This document shows, piece by piece, positions 21,186 to 31,619 of a stretch of 64,000 nucleotides of DNA. A model generated the notes under the pieces. It made no database searches. It was not told the DNA's origin and was given only the letters and a program-made list of their open reading frames with translations. Both the position numbers and the translations under genes were made by a program. The stretch is taken from positions 84,144-148,143 of IMG/VR virus record IMGVR_UViG_3300023213_000432; one strand, written 5' to 3'. Numbering within the stretch: position 1 is the stretch's first letter; every line of letters begins with the position of its first letter. The DNA is from a virus.

Positions 21186-22726
21186 ATGCCCAAGCTCTCC
21201 TTCGATGACATTCGCCAACAAGCCGATGCCCTTCTTGACAAGGCTCTTTTTGCCAAGACCGAGGAAGAGGCTCATGAGGCATACAATACTTATTTAGCAT
21301 TTTTGGAAGCAGTTAATTGGACTCCGGCAGAATATGACGCACAAATTGCCAAACGACTAGATGAAATAGTCCCACCCGAAAGATGGGAAGAAACCGAAGA
21401 TCCATTCAAACCTGTTCCTAAGAAAATTCTGAATTAATTCATCGATAGAAGAAAGTAAGTTATGCTCCGTTTTATCTGGTTTTTAATCATGGGCGCGTGG
21501 AGATACCCGTGGGAAATAAATGTTCCGTTGCTCCCGTCCCCTCAAAAAATAGAATGCCCTAATTACGAATGTGGAGCAAAGATATCGTCTCTATGCTCTG
21601 ATGGAAGATGTCGTTATCATTGTCGTCTAAGATGCGAGTGCGAAAAGAAACCATTAATTCAATTTCTGCCAGAACCTAAATCGTATTCCGAACAACCATA
21701 CCGATAAACTTTTAAGGTTTTATGAGCCTATTTTCTAAATATACATTCTATTGCAATAACTGTGGCAAAGAACTCAAGATTGAATGGATGAAAATGTTGG
21801 GCAGAACCTTTAAGGTTTGTTCAAAAGAATGTATAGATGCTATAGAATTAAAAATTGCTAGATCGATATTGGGAGAAGAAAACAAAAATAATGAAGAGAT
21901 CAGATAGTATTGTCGATACGTTTTGTCGCGCCGGTATTCTTGGTAGTATTTTATCCTGTGGGTTTTTATATTTAAAATTAGCTGGAACTCTCAGTTGGTC
22001 GTATTGGTGGGTGTTTGCACCATTGTGGATTGGCACAGGCATTATTTCTTTAGGGATTGGGACTATTTTGTTAGGGTTGTATTTATTTAGAAAAATGTAC
22101 TGCGAATGAGGTGATTTAATGGATTGTAAAATCTGCTTACGAGAATACAAAGATCGTCCTAATGATTTATGCGATTACTATTTGCATTGGCAGAGCTATG
22201 TGTATAAATTGGAAGCCAAAGGATTGATTGAAAAACGAGAACCGCCAAAGTTTGCGATTGGTGACAGAGTTAAAATTGCAGTTGGAAAAGCTGGAACGAT
22301 TGAAGATATTTACCCTCGTTCCCGAAGAGCCTCGCAGCATTATAATGTCAGGATTGATGATAGAGAATTTACAATAAGAGTGGCTGAATGTGACTTGAGT
22401 AGAGTTGAATGAAACCTATGACTGAGCAAGATCTTATTGAACAAGAGACCCAAAAGATCGTTGATTGTTGTAGCCACCCTGCTGGTTTCGATATTGGCAA
22501 TGGTGGAATGTTATGTCTTCGTCCTACTGATGAAGCATCTCCGCCCAAGACTTGGGAAGTAGATTGGAGTGAATGGGAAGATGATCTTTCTAAGTTGAAT
22601 CAGGCATTCCCATGGCATCATTGCAAAAACTTCGATAACTTAAAAGACGCGGCTCGTTTCTTCGTGGAGAAAAGACGTTCGATGAAACTTGGATGCGATT
22701 ATTTGGGCAAGAAAGCTAAGCAGTAG
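21186..22726 (+). other. Six small hypothetical CDS (Cys-rich, membrane and KOW-like)
   Basis: Packed co-directional ORFs; 22119..22412 has KFAIGDRV. Confidence 0.6.
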
Positions 22727-22727
22727 A

Positions 22728-23765
22728 CTAGATATGTTTCCAAGTCCGTCTATGGACAATGTGGGCTATTGTTTGATTTGTGCACTTATATTCATCTGCC
22801 AAAGCTTGTTGGGTATAATTATTGGTTGCCCATTTGGATCGGATCTCCAAGATATTTTGTTCGGTTAATCCATATTTGTTTTTGGTTCTTTTTCTTGGAC
22901 GCTCTTTTGAAGGGAGTATCGCGATACCATGCCTACGAAGTATGTTTTTCACGCTGGTTGAAGATATGTTATATTCTTTGGCAAGAACTTTCATTTCGAT
23001 TAAGTGATCGACATATTTAGTTATAAGATCAAGTTCTTGTTCATTGGTTAGGCGACGGCAATTTAATCCGTTGATTGCTGCTCTTTTGCTTTTAATTCGC
23101 TGAATATCTTCTTCGGTAATGATGGAGTGCCCCCTGATCGCTATATAAGTCCCATGAATGATACTATGGATAGCGTGGGTATTATATTTAATGGTCAATT
23201 CTTCAAAGGGAGTATGTTCGTTGAGATATTCTTGCTGGATTGCAAGACATTCCTCTAATGAGAGATCGCATTGTTTGATGTTCATTTGATTGAATTTTTC
23301 TTTGTTTGTTTCAATGTATTGCGCTCGGGCTGCTGACATTATCGCAACCGCTTCTGGTGAGTGTTTTTTTCCAAAGAATGGATTTGCTTTACCAAGGTAT
23401 TTCTCTTTTTTATGTTTACTCATTTTCTTTTTGGCTTTTTCAGTGTGCTTGTAGCCAGATGCTCCGTCTCCCCCTTCGGTTATGTTGTATCCGATATTAT
23501 CATTGCGGGTACCATACATCGCGATATATCGTTTTTCAGCTTCCAAAGCATCGGATTCTATTTCAAATCTTTCAACCTCTTCTATTTTAAAGTTCTCAAA
23601 ACCGTATTTGTTTATGGCTCGATGAATATAGCTGTAGTCGTTAGGATCTTGTTTCCGAGCTGCTGCTTTATGTCCGTTCCATCGCATTCTTATATTATTA
23701 GTTTTACCAAAGTAAATTTTATTATTTAATAAATTAGTTATTTTATAGATATACCACATGATCAT
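22728..23765 (-). CDS. GIY-YIG homing endonuclease with NUMOD3 and HTH
   Basis: YIYKITNLLNNKIYFGKT, GYNITEGGDG, NPFFGKKHS; start moved to 23765 to avoid overlap with rIIA. Confidence 0.9.
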   Translation of the reverse strand: MIMWYIYKITNLLNNKIYFGKTNNIRMRWNGHKAAARKQDPNDYSYIHRAINKYGFENFKIEEVERFEIESDALEAEKRYIAMYGTRNDNIGYNITEGGDGASGYKHTEKAKKKMSKHKKEKYLGKANPFFGKKHSPEAVAIMSAARAQYIETNKEKFNQMNIKQCDLSLEECLAIQQEYLNEHTPFEELTIKYNTHAIHSIIHGTYIAIRGHSIITEEDIQRIKSKRAAINGLNCRRLTNEQELDLITKYVDHLIEMKVLAKEYNISSTSVKNILRRHGIAILPSKERPRKRTKNKYGLTEQNILEIRSKWATNNYTQQALADEYKCTNQTIAHIVHRRTWKHI

Positions 23766-23789
23766 ACTATATATCATATCGTCTGGAGA

Positions 23790-25961
23790 TTGTTGATGAA
23801 AATTGAGTTTGCTGCTCCCAATGTTGAAGCGTCTGATGCATTCGTAGAGCGTATGTTCTCTATCGGAGATTACGGTGTAGTGTTTGATATTTTGCGCTCT
23901 AAACTTTATTCTAACCCAATAGCGTCTATTTGTAGAGAATATGCATCTAATGCGAGAGACGCAATGCGAGAGTGTGGAAAACCCACTGAACCGATCCAAA
24001 TCCAACTTCCCAATAGTCTTGATCCAACTTTTAAAGTTAAAGATACGGGCGTTGGTATATCTCCTGATCGAATTGAGAACGTTTTTATTAAATATGGATC
24101 TAGCACCAAACGAGATACTAATGAACTTTGTGGAGCATTTGGCTTAGGCGCTAAGGTCGCGTACTCTTACTCATCGGATTTCACCGTCATCACCAACTAC
24201 AACGGCATCCAATACCATTACTCCTGTATCATCGACGAGACTCGCATCGGTAAGCTCATCACCCTCTCCCAAAAACTCACCAAAGAATCCAATGGCACCA
24301 CTATTTCTGTTCCCGTTCGTGAATCTGATTTCCGAGCCTTTTCCGACTATGTAGAACGTGCTTGCCGTCATTGGAATCCGCGCCCCATAATAACCGGCAA
24401 TTCCAAATTTACATGGATAGACGTCAAAAAAGTCATTGACGGCGCCAACTGGATGATGAGTTCCTCTTCTGATTATAATAGCGATCGTGTCAAGTTAATC
24501 ATCGATGGAATTGAATATCCACTGGATATTAGTGCTCTTAAAGATTATGCGGACAATACCCTAATCAATTCTGCACGCGGAACTATCTATCTTTACTTTG
24601 ACAATGGATTGCTCAGTCTTTCAGCCAATAGGGAAAATGTTTTTCTTGATAAATCCACTCAAAAGAAAATCGCTAAACGTCTCCAAGATGTTAAGTCGGA
24701 ACTTACCAAAAACATTCAAGTCAAGATCGATAATTTCACCAATCTTTGGGAAGCTTTATTATATCGCAACAAAGCCTTATCTGAATCTTTTTATCATCAT
24801 GACTTTTTAGGTAAATTGACTTGGAAAGGGATGGAACTTAAAGTTGGTAATCTTAAAGTTGATTGTCCAGTTTATCTTTTCACCAAGGGAAAGTCACAAC
24901 GATATGGTGCTGATCCGGAAAAGATCACCCGGAGTATGACTCGATTTCTATTGTTGGAAGAGAAAACTGACATCTATATTAATGATCTCTCTATCAAGGA
25001 GCCCTCCACCAAACACATCAAGAAAGCCTTTGAAGACAACAAAGATTTGAAAAATCTGATGGTTATTTGCCCCACAGATGATGTCAAAGTAGAAGATCTT
25101 AACCAATCTATTGGTTTGGATAAGATGAATCCCCAGCTTCTTTCCACTGTTACTCAAGCTAGTGGAAGGAAATATACTGCCCCATCTTCTCGTTTGTTAG
25201 TGTTTAAGAACGATGGTAATCATTTTTATCAAGTAGCCATTAATGACATTGAAACAGATGTTAAACCAACTAAAGTGTTGTGTTTGCTTCATAAACAAAA
25301 TGATCAGTGGTCTTATCAAAAAGAACGGTGGGCGGTCATTAAGGAAGGTAAGCAAAATATTTATAATGATATTATGAATAAATTAATCCATTACTTTCGA
25401 GATGAGACTTCTTTTTATGGGGTGGATGAGAATGCTCCTAAGGATCGAATTAAAGAAGAGTTCGGAGGATTCATTTCCTTGGAAGATTTTATTCAAGAAC
25501 GAGTGATTGATGATAAGAGCATTAATTACCCGGAAATAAAATTTATCAAAAATCATTGTGGAAACGTGGATGCCGATATGTTAAAGGATTGGGAAGAGTT
25601 TAAGTTGATGATTGAGGATCCTAATAGCCTTTTCTTTAAAAGATTGGAATTGCATGCTAAATTCCAAAAGACATGTAATATGGATGCTTTATTGTTATAT
25701 CTTTATGAAGCTTTTAATGGGGATATGATGGTAAGTAAAATTAAAAGGTTTGCGGCTGATCATCCAGAGCTTGACATTATGGCTATGGAGATACAATATG
25801 GCAAACAATATCCGTTGCTGAAACATTTGGAAAAATGGGTCGTTGATGGTGATGGTAAGAGAAAAGGCATAGCACATTATATTAATTTAGTCGATGGTTC
25901 TTTAGAACAAGAAAAACAAAAGAAAGAAAAGAAAGAAAAGAAAGAAAAGGAAGACACATGA
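23790..25961 (+). CDS. rIIA: rIIA-like protein with GHKL ATPase N-terminus
   Basis: LYSN...REYASNARDA, KDTGVGIS, STKR, GAFGLGAK, LSANRE; coupled to rIIB. Confidence 0.9.
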   Translation: MLMKIEFAAPNVEASDAFVERMFSIGDYGVVFDILRSKLYSNPIASICREYASNARDAMRECGKPTEPIQIQLPNSLDPTFKVKDTGVGISPDRIENVFIKYGSSTKRDTNELCGAFGLGAKVAYSYSSDFTVITNYNGIQYHYSCIIDETRIGKLITLSQKLTKESNGTTISVPVRESDFRAFSDYVERACRHWNPRPIITGNSKFTWIDVKKVIDGANWMMSSSSDYNSDRVKLIIDGIEYPLDISALKDYADNTLINSARGTIYLYFDNGLLSLSANRENVFLDKSTQKKIAKRLQDVKSELTKNIQVKIDNFTNLWEALLYRNKALSESFYHHDFLGKLTWKGMELKVGNLKVDCPVYLFTKGKSQRYGADPEKITRSMTRFLLLEEKTDIYINDLSIKEPSTKHIKKAFEDNKDLKNLMVICPTDDVKVEDLNQSIGLDKMNPQLLSTVTQASGRKYTAPSSRLLVFKNDGNHFYQVAINDIETDVKPTKVLCLLHKQNDQWSYQKERWAVIKEGKQNIYNDIMNKLIHYFRDETSFYGVDENAPKDRIKEEFGGFISLEDFIQERVIDDKSINYPEIKFIKNHCGNVDADMLKDWEEFKLMIEDPNSLFFKRLELHAKFQKTCNMDALLLYLYEAFNGDMMVSKIKRFAADHPELDIMAMEIQYGKQYPLLKHLEKWVVDGDGKRKGIAHYINLVDGSLEQEKQKKEKKEKKEKEDT

Positions 25962-26707
25962 ATGTTAAATATTTGATTACTGATAACAGTATTACTGTTC
26001 ATTTTGATGGACAAACTCACATCGTAGCGCGAGGTGATGCTTTGTCGGAGCGTCTAATTGAGGTGCTCCGAAGTGGAAAACATGAAGAAGTTCCTAATTT
26101 GGTATCTGCTTCCATGAGAATTACAAACTTTTCCAAAGGAAATTTTACCGTGGAAAATGGAGACATCCTAGTTAATGGAATTAAAGCTCCGGATGCTTTG
26201 GGTAAAAAGATTGTCAAGTTTGCCAATGAAGGATTACCATATCAACCATTGGTGAAGTTCGCAGAGCATTTGCAACAAAATCCATCGAGACGATCGGTGG
26301 AAGAGTTGTTTATGTTTTTGGAGAAGAATGACCATCCTATTACTCCAGATGGATTATTTATTGGATATAAGCGCATTCGTGCTGATTTCAAGGACATTTA
26401 CTCTGGCACCTTTAACAATACACCGGGTGCGTTGGTGGAAATGGCTCGTCAGGAAGTGGATGAAGATGCGAATCAGACATGTTCTCGAGGGCTCCATGCC
26501 AGTAATTGGGAGTATTGCACCAAGCATTATGCTAGCAAAGATGCCGAGAGTGATGTTATTGTAGCTTTGGAAATTGACCCTGCGGATGTTGTGTCGGTAC
26601 CCGTGGATTATAATAATGCTAAAATGCGTGTTTCTAAGTATCGCGTTATAGAAGTTGTTAAAGAGCCATATCAAGAGGGCATAGTTATTCGAAAGGTTGG
26701 TCAATAA
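25958..26707 (+). CDS. rIIB: rIIB-like protein
   Basis: PITPDGLFIGYK, VDED...TCSRGLH, IDPADVVSVP.DYNNAKMRV; extreme C-terminus altered by the isrB insertion. Confidence 0.9.
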   Translation: MNVKYLITDNSITVHFDGQTHIVARGDALSERLIEVLRSGKHEEVPNLVSASMRITNFSKGNFTVENGDILVNGIKAPDALGKKIVKFANEGLPYQPLVKFAEHLQQNPSRRSVEELFMFLEKNDHPITPDGLFIGYKRIRADFKDIYSGTFNNTPGALVEMARQEVDEDANQTCSRGLHASNWEYCTKHYASKDAESDVIVALEIDPADVVSVPVDYNNAKMRVSKYRVIEVVKEPYQEGIVIRKVGQ

Positions 26708-27020
26708 CCCATGACTAAACTCATGGGCTTGTGCGAAGGGAATCAGTCACTCTCTTTTGATCAAGTTAAAATATTGTACTAGACACAGATCAGAATAGGA
26801 GACGCAAGTCAAATAAAAGAAGATCAAATAGGCAGATCAGGATCGCTAATGACGAGACTGGAAAAGATACGCTACTGGATGTTTCGCTAGTCTGTAGCCG
26901 CATTTCGTAAGAAATGCCAATATCTCATCGATAATTTTATGAGGTATTCGCTGTGTTTTGCTTATGTCGAAGCGAGTTGAACAAGGCACGTAAGTGCATT
27001 TTTTGAGGAAATAATAGAAA
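26700..27020 (+). ncRNA. IsrB omega-RNA scaffold; guide expected from the 5' flank
   Basis: ~320 nt non-coding region conserved in three copies upstream of isrB; 3' boundary approximate. Confidence 0.8.
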
Positions 27021-28063
27021 TTGGTTCCCGTTATCGATAACCACAAACAACCATTAATGCCTTGCTCTGAGAAAAGAGCCAGGAGACTTATGGAGAAAGG
27101 TAGCGCTATTTCATATTGGCAGAAAGGTATCTTTTGCATTCGTCTAACTAAAGAACCTTCTAACCGACAAACACAACCCATTGCTCTTGGGATTGATCCA
27201 GGAAGTAAAAGAGAAGGATATACTGTTGCTACTAGAAAAGCAGTAGTATTGAATATTACCTCCAATACTCCGGGCTGGATTAAAAAACATATTGATACTC
27301 GAAGACAATTACGGAAAAGCCGAAGATATAGAAAAACTCCTTATCGTTCTTGTCGAGAAAATAGAGCTACTTTGAGGAAAGATCGTGTTCCTCCTTCCAC
27401 CAAAGCAAGGTGGAATGCTAAATTGCGAATGGTTATTTTTCTTCTGAAAATTATTCCTATTACCATTATTAATGTAGAAGATGTTGCCGCTTACACTAAG
27501 AAAGGACAAGCAAAGTGGAACGTTTCTTTCTCTCCTTTGGAGGTTGGAAAAGTTTGGTTTTATCAAGAGATAAAAAACCTTGGAGTTCAGCTTCTCAAAA
27601 CTGAAGGACATCAAACTCAAGAAAAACGAGATCAGCGCGGGTTTCAAAAATCATCTTCCAAGCTTAGCTATTCTTGGAATGCTCATAACGTAGATAGTCA
27701 TGTTCTTGCGGAGATGGCGCTAGGAACAGAAATCTTTCCATATTATGGATTGTGGAAGATAGAATTTTTAGAATTTCATCGAAGACAACTTCACGTTCAG
27801 AATCCAATTAAGAATAGCATCAGAAAACAATATGGGACTACTATTTCTATGAAAATGCCCAGAGGATCTGTCATAAGACATAAAGGTAAGTTCTATTATC
27901 TTGGAGGAAGTAGCAAAGGTAGAGTTACTATTCATAGCGTCATTACAGGAAAGAGAATTAAGCAATCTGTCAAGAAGGAGAATATTGTTGTTTTATATGC
28001 ACAGAATAGGAGAGTTCAATTCCTCCCACGATTAAAATCGTGGGTCTCCTTGAACCAATTTTC
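26700..28063 (+). mobile_element. IS200/IS605-type isrB element, copy 1
   Basis: GTCAATAACCCATG hairpin start, omega-RNA, isrB, hairpin CCCACGATTAAAATCGTGGG, then ATGAA. Confidence 0.95.
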
Positions 28064-28067
28064 ATGA
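27021..28067 (+). CDS. isrB: IsrB (RRXRR/PLMP RuvC nickase lacking HNH)
   Basis: PLMP, GIDPG, Arg-rich bridge helix, VEDV, HNVDS; 348 aa, no HNH. Confidence 0.9.
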   Translation: MVPVIDNHKQPLMPCSEKRARRLMEKGSAISYWQKGIFCIRLTKEPSNRQTQPIALGIDPGSKREGYTVATRKAVVLNITSNTPGWIKKHIDTRRQLRKSRRYRKTPYRSCRENRATLRKDRVPPSTKARWNAKLRMVIFLLKIIPITIINVEDVAAYTKKGQAKWNVSFSPLEVGKVWFYQEIKNLGVQLLKTEGHQTQEKRDQRGFQKSSSKLSYSWNAHNVDSHVLAEMALGTEIFPYYGLWKIEFLEFHRRQLHVQNPIKNSIRKQYGTTISMKMPRGSVIRHKGKFYYLGGSSKGRVTIHSVITGKRIKQSVKKENIVVLYAQNRRVQFLPRLKSWVSLNQFS

Positions 28068-28334
28068 ATCTATTAGACAAGTCTCTTTGGATACCAACTT
28101 TATTCGCTAATCGTTTGATGGCAGATTTAGCCAAAAATCATCTTTTGGATCATTTTCGATGGGAATGCACTATTGTAGTGGATGATGATGGGTATTATAT
28201 AGTGCGCTTACCAGATAGTTTAAAGCCCGAAGAGTTTTGTCTCGGGCAAAGTTTTTTGCTGGCATATGCTCATGGATTTTCGGATCGTGGCATGCCAAAT
28301 TTTAGGGACATTTAAAAAAGAAAGAAGAAAAAAT

Positions 28335-28721
28335 ATGAAGAATAAAATCAAAGATAAAATCAAACAATTGACGATCGATGAAAGTAAATGGACGGAAGGA
28401 ACTTTATATAGTGATGGTTCTTATTGTGCGCTCGGGGCTCTCTGTAAATCTTTAGGTTATTCCGATCGAAAAATGAAGGGGTGCGCGTTTCCGCGCGATT
28501 TAGGAGATTACCCGGAGTGGATGGACAAGATAATCGAGAATGAAGAGTACGAAGATATTTTGGGTGATTATCTACCTGATGTAGACGACAATTCTTTTCA
28601 GGAAATCGTTCCGGCAATTAATGACGATATGGACTTAGACGTTGAAGAAAAGAAATCTCTTCTTAGAAATGTTTTCAAGTGGGTTGGAATCGACCTTCAC
28701 TTCAAAAAATCTAAGAAGTAA
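28335..28721 (+). CDS. Hypothetical phage protein
   Basis: KW..G...YCALG...IND. Confidence 0.65.
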   Translation: MKNKIKDKIKQLTIDESKWTEGTLYSDGSYCALGALCKSLGYSDRKMKGCAFPRDLGDYPEWMDKIIENEEYEDILGDYLPDVDDNSFQEIVPAINDDMDLDVEEKKSLLRNVFKWVGIDLHFKKSKK

Positions 28722-28746
28722 TCGGATAATTCGGCATTATTTTATA

Positions 28747-29787
28747 ATGTCCGAAAGGTTAGAAGAAATTAATCCCAAGTTTCGACAACTTACCGATCTC
28801 CTTCTCTTTACAGATCGGGTTGATCTTGATCTCTCTAACTTCAAACATCTTTTTCGTGAAAATCATTCTAAGAATTTAATATACTTCTTAGAACGTTTAG
28901 AAAGATCTTTGGAGATTGCATGGGAAAATGGAGAGCAATTTTGGCAGCATCGTTTGTCTTTCTTGCTTTCTTTGCGAGAGAAGGGATTAATTTCCTGTCT
29001 TGATAAGCGTTTAGAAAAACGCTTTGTTACTTTGATGAAACAAAAATCTCAAATTAACATCCAATATGATCTTCCTTATTTACAATACTGGACATATTGC
29101 AATGTGAAACGACAACGAGGAGAAAATCTTTTCACTGCCAAACAACAACTTATCAGGTTGCTGGATTATGTTAGTGTGGATAAGATGATCCCCATAATCC
29201 TTTCCTTTATTCCCTCAGTCTTTCGCAGTATTAATGAATTTGCGGAAATGATCACTCACAAAATTACGCAATCCACTCGTTATTTTGATACCTTGTTGGC
29301 TTTAGAAAAACGAGGAATTGAATTTGATTGGATGCCATTATTGGAATTAACCAATGAAATTATCTTGGTGCGTCCTTATAATGAGAGGAATTGTCGCGCC
29401 TTTTTTGTTTTGTTGAACGATTCCTGTATCTTGTCGGAGATCAAAAAACACTATACTCCTTTACACCGAGAAGGCATTCTAGAAATTTTGGAAGAGTGTG
29501 ATTATCGACGAATTGAAGAAAACCACCTTCGAAATATCAAAAACTTGATTGAATTGGATGAAACTTTGGCGGATGAAATCGTGGAACGATATGCCGATAA
29601 ATTATATCTTCATCCGATTCATCATAAGAAAGGCAACATCAATAAACTCATTAGAATATTGAAGAAGTTTCCTCAAGCTTCTTCTAAAAGATTATTGTTA
29701 TATCTTTCTGTTAATGGATTAATGAAAGATATTGAAGAATTGGTTAAGCACCATAAAGAGCTGGAAGGATTAGTAGCTTTTGTTTGA
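28747..29787 (+). CDS. Helical hypothetical protein
   Basis: ~346 aa ORF. Confidence 0.7.
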   Translation: MSERLEEINPKFRQLTDLLLFTDRVDLDLSNFKHLFRENHSKNLIYFLERLERSLEIAWENGEQFWQHRLSFLLSLREKGLISCLDKRLEKRFVTLMKQKSQINIQYDLPYLQYWTYCNVKRQRGENLFTAKQQLIRLLDYVSVDKMIPIILSFIPSVFRSINEFAEMITHKITQSTRYFDTLLALEKRGIEFDWMPLLELTNEIILVRPYNERNCRAFFVLLNDSCILSEIKKHYTPLHREGILEILEECDYRRIEENHLRNIKNLIELDETLADEIVERYADKLYLHPIHHKKGNINKLIRILKKFPQASSKRLLLYLSVNGLMKDIEELVKHHKELEGLVAFV

Positions 29788-29791
29788 GGGC

Positions 29792-29819
29792 TTGACATCG
29801 AAATGTAAATGGTTAAAAT
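29792..29819 (+). promoter_or_regulatory. Sigma70-like promoter
   Basis: TTGACA-N16-TAAAAT. Confidence 0.65.
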
Positions 29820-30115
29820 GGGGGTTTAACTCAAATTTTGAAAAATGCATGCAAGGTGGTGCCTTGCTAGTGGGGCAAGCAGACCCATTAAAACGAGATT
29901 AACCCCTCGAAATCTCTGCCGGCTATGAGCACTCAAAAGAGTAAAAGTTCGGCGCCAAGGGACGTCGATATTATTGATCCGATGCTTTACGAAGGTTACT
30001 GCAAAGTGATATAAGTTTAGCAGGAACGATCATATCAAAGCAGACACTATCCAGAAACGCAGACATTTGACTTTCGAGTCATTGTCGTCGAAACGGGTTA
30101 GATTGCATCCCGATA
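29820..30115 (+). ncRNA. Putative structured non-coding RNA or long leader
   Basis: ~300 nt without an annotated ORF after a promoter; consecutive stems GCAAGG/CCTTGC, GAGATT/AATCTC, GCCG/CGGC, TGATAT/ATATCA, TGAC/GTCA, CGGG/CCCG. Confidence 0.55.
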
Positions 30116-30138
30116 CAACTCTTCAGAATTAGGAAATA

Positions 30139-30259
30139 ATGGCACCAACAAAGTTAGAAGTGGGACAGCGAGTTCGTTGTGTGTTCGCTTATCCGCATAA
30201 AGGCAAAACCGGCATTGTCCAGAAAGTAGATGCTATCGGATTAGATATTAAGTGGGACG
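30139..30259 (+). pseudogene. 5' fragment of a KLEVGQ-module gene cut by isrB element 2
   Basis: MAPTKLEVGQRVRCV...IKWD; joined to 31619 it reads DENESRCFY, out of frame with the long downstream ORF. Confidence 0.6.
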
Positions 30260-30575
30260 GTCAATAACCCATGACTAAAATTATGGGCTTGTGCGAAGGA
30301 TCCTAGTCAGATTCTTTTGATCAAGACTAAAATATTGTACTAGACAAAGAGAGAAGAAAGGTTATTTAACCAAACGATATTTCAAATAGGCAGATCAGGA
30401 TCGCTATGACGAGACTGGAAAAGATATGCTACTGGATGTTTCGCTAGTCTGTAGCCGCATTTCGTAAGAAATGCCGATATTCTATCGATAAATTATAGAA
30501 TATCCGCTGTGTTTTGCTTATGTCGAAGCGAGTTGAACAAGGCACGTAAGTGCAATTTTTTGAGGAAAAGAAACA
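30260..30575 (+). ncRNA. IsrB omega-RNA scaffold
   Basis: Homologous to 26700..27020. Confidence 0.8.
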
Positions 30576-31618
30576 TTGGTTCCCGTCATCGATAACTACA
30601 AACAACCATTAATGCCTTGCTCTGAGAAAAGAGCTAGGAAACTTATGGAAAAAGGAAAGGCTATTTCATATTGGCAGAAAGGTATCTTTTGCATTCGTCT
30701 AACCAAAGAACCTTCTAACCGACAAACACAACCCATTGCTCTTGGCATTGATCCTGGAAGTAAAAGAGAAGGATATACTGTTGCTACTAAGAAAGCAGTA
30801 GTTATCAATATCACAACTAATACTCCAGGCTGGATTAAAGATCATGTAGAGACTCGTAGAAACCTTCGAAGATCTAGAAGATACCGAAAGACTCCTTATC
30901 GCTCCTGTCGAGAAAATAGAGCAACTCTTCGAAAAAATCGAGTTCCTCCTTCCACCAAAGCCAGGTGGAATGCTAAACTGAGAATTATTAAATTCATTCT
31001 GAAAATTATTCCTATTACAATCGTTAATGTAGAAGATATTGCCGCTTACACTAAGAAGGGACAAGCAAAGTGGAATACTTCCTTCTCTCCTTTAGAGGTT
31101 GGAAAAACTTGGTTCTATCGTGAGTTAGAAAACTTCGGAGTTCAGCTTCTCAAAACCAAAGGAACCAAAACTCAAGAAAAACGAGATCAGCGAGATTTTC
31201 ATAAGCTATCTTCCAAGCTTGATTATTCTTGGAGTGCTCATAACGTGGATAGCCATGTCCTTGTGGAGATAGCATTGGAATCAGAAATCTCTCCATATTA
31301 TGGACTATGGAAAATAGAGTTTTTAGAATTTCATCGTAGACAACTTCATGTCCAGAATCCAATCAGAGGCAATATCAGAAAACGATATGGAACTACTATT
31401 TCTATGAAAATGCCCAGAGGTTCTGTCGTAAAACATAAAGGTAAGTTATATTATCTTGGTGGAAATAAAAAAGGGAAAGTTTCGCTCCATAGTATCATTA
31501 CAGGAAAAAGAATTAAACAATCTGTCAAGAAGAGAGATATTGGCGTTTTGTATGCACAGAATAGGAGAGTTCAGCTCCTTCCACGATTAAAATCGTGGGT
31601 CTCCTTGAGCCTATTTTA
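30260..31618 (+). mobile_element. IS200/IS605-type isrB element, copy 2
   Basis: Same ends and omega-RNA as copy 1; followed by ATGAA. Confidence 0.95.
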
Positions 31619-31619
31619 A
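30576..31619 (+). CDS. isrB: IsrB
   Basis: PLMP, GIDPG, VEDI, HNVDS; close paralogue of 27021..28067. Confidence 0.9.
   Translation: MVPVIDNYKQPLMPCSEKRARKLMEKGKAISYWQKGIFCIRLTKEPSNRQTQPIALGIDPGSKREGYTVATKKAVVINITTNTPGWIKDHVETRRNLRRSRRYRKTPYRSCRENRATLRKNRVPPSTKARWNAKLRIIKFILKIIPITIVNVEDIAAYTKKGQAKWNTSFSPLEVGKTWFYRELENFGVQLLKTKGTKTQEKRDQRDFHKLSSKLDYSWSAHNVDSHVLVEIALESEISPYYGLWKIEFLEFHRRQLHVQNPIRGNIRKRYGTTISMKMPRGSVVKHKGKLYYLGGNKKGKVSLHSIITGKRIKQSVKKRDIGVLYAQNRRVQLLPRLKSWVSLSLF

Noticed and set aside
22728..24005. 425-aa version of the GIY-YIG gene and the many short antisense ORFs in the track
   Set aside because: They overlap well-supported genes on the other strand and lack motifs
29820..30115. 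tmRNA
   Set aside because: No tRNA-like acceptor or T-arm ends and no tag reading frame seen
27021..31619. IscB or Cas9
   Set aside because: About 348 aa with no HNH between RuvC-II and RuvC-III, which fits IsrB
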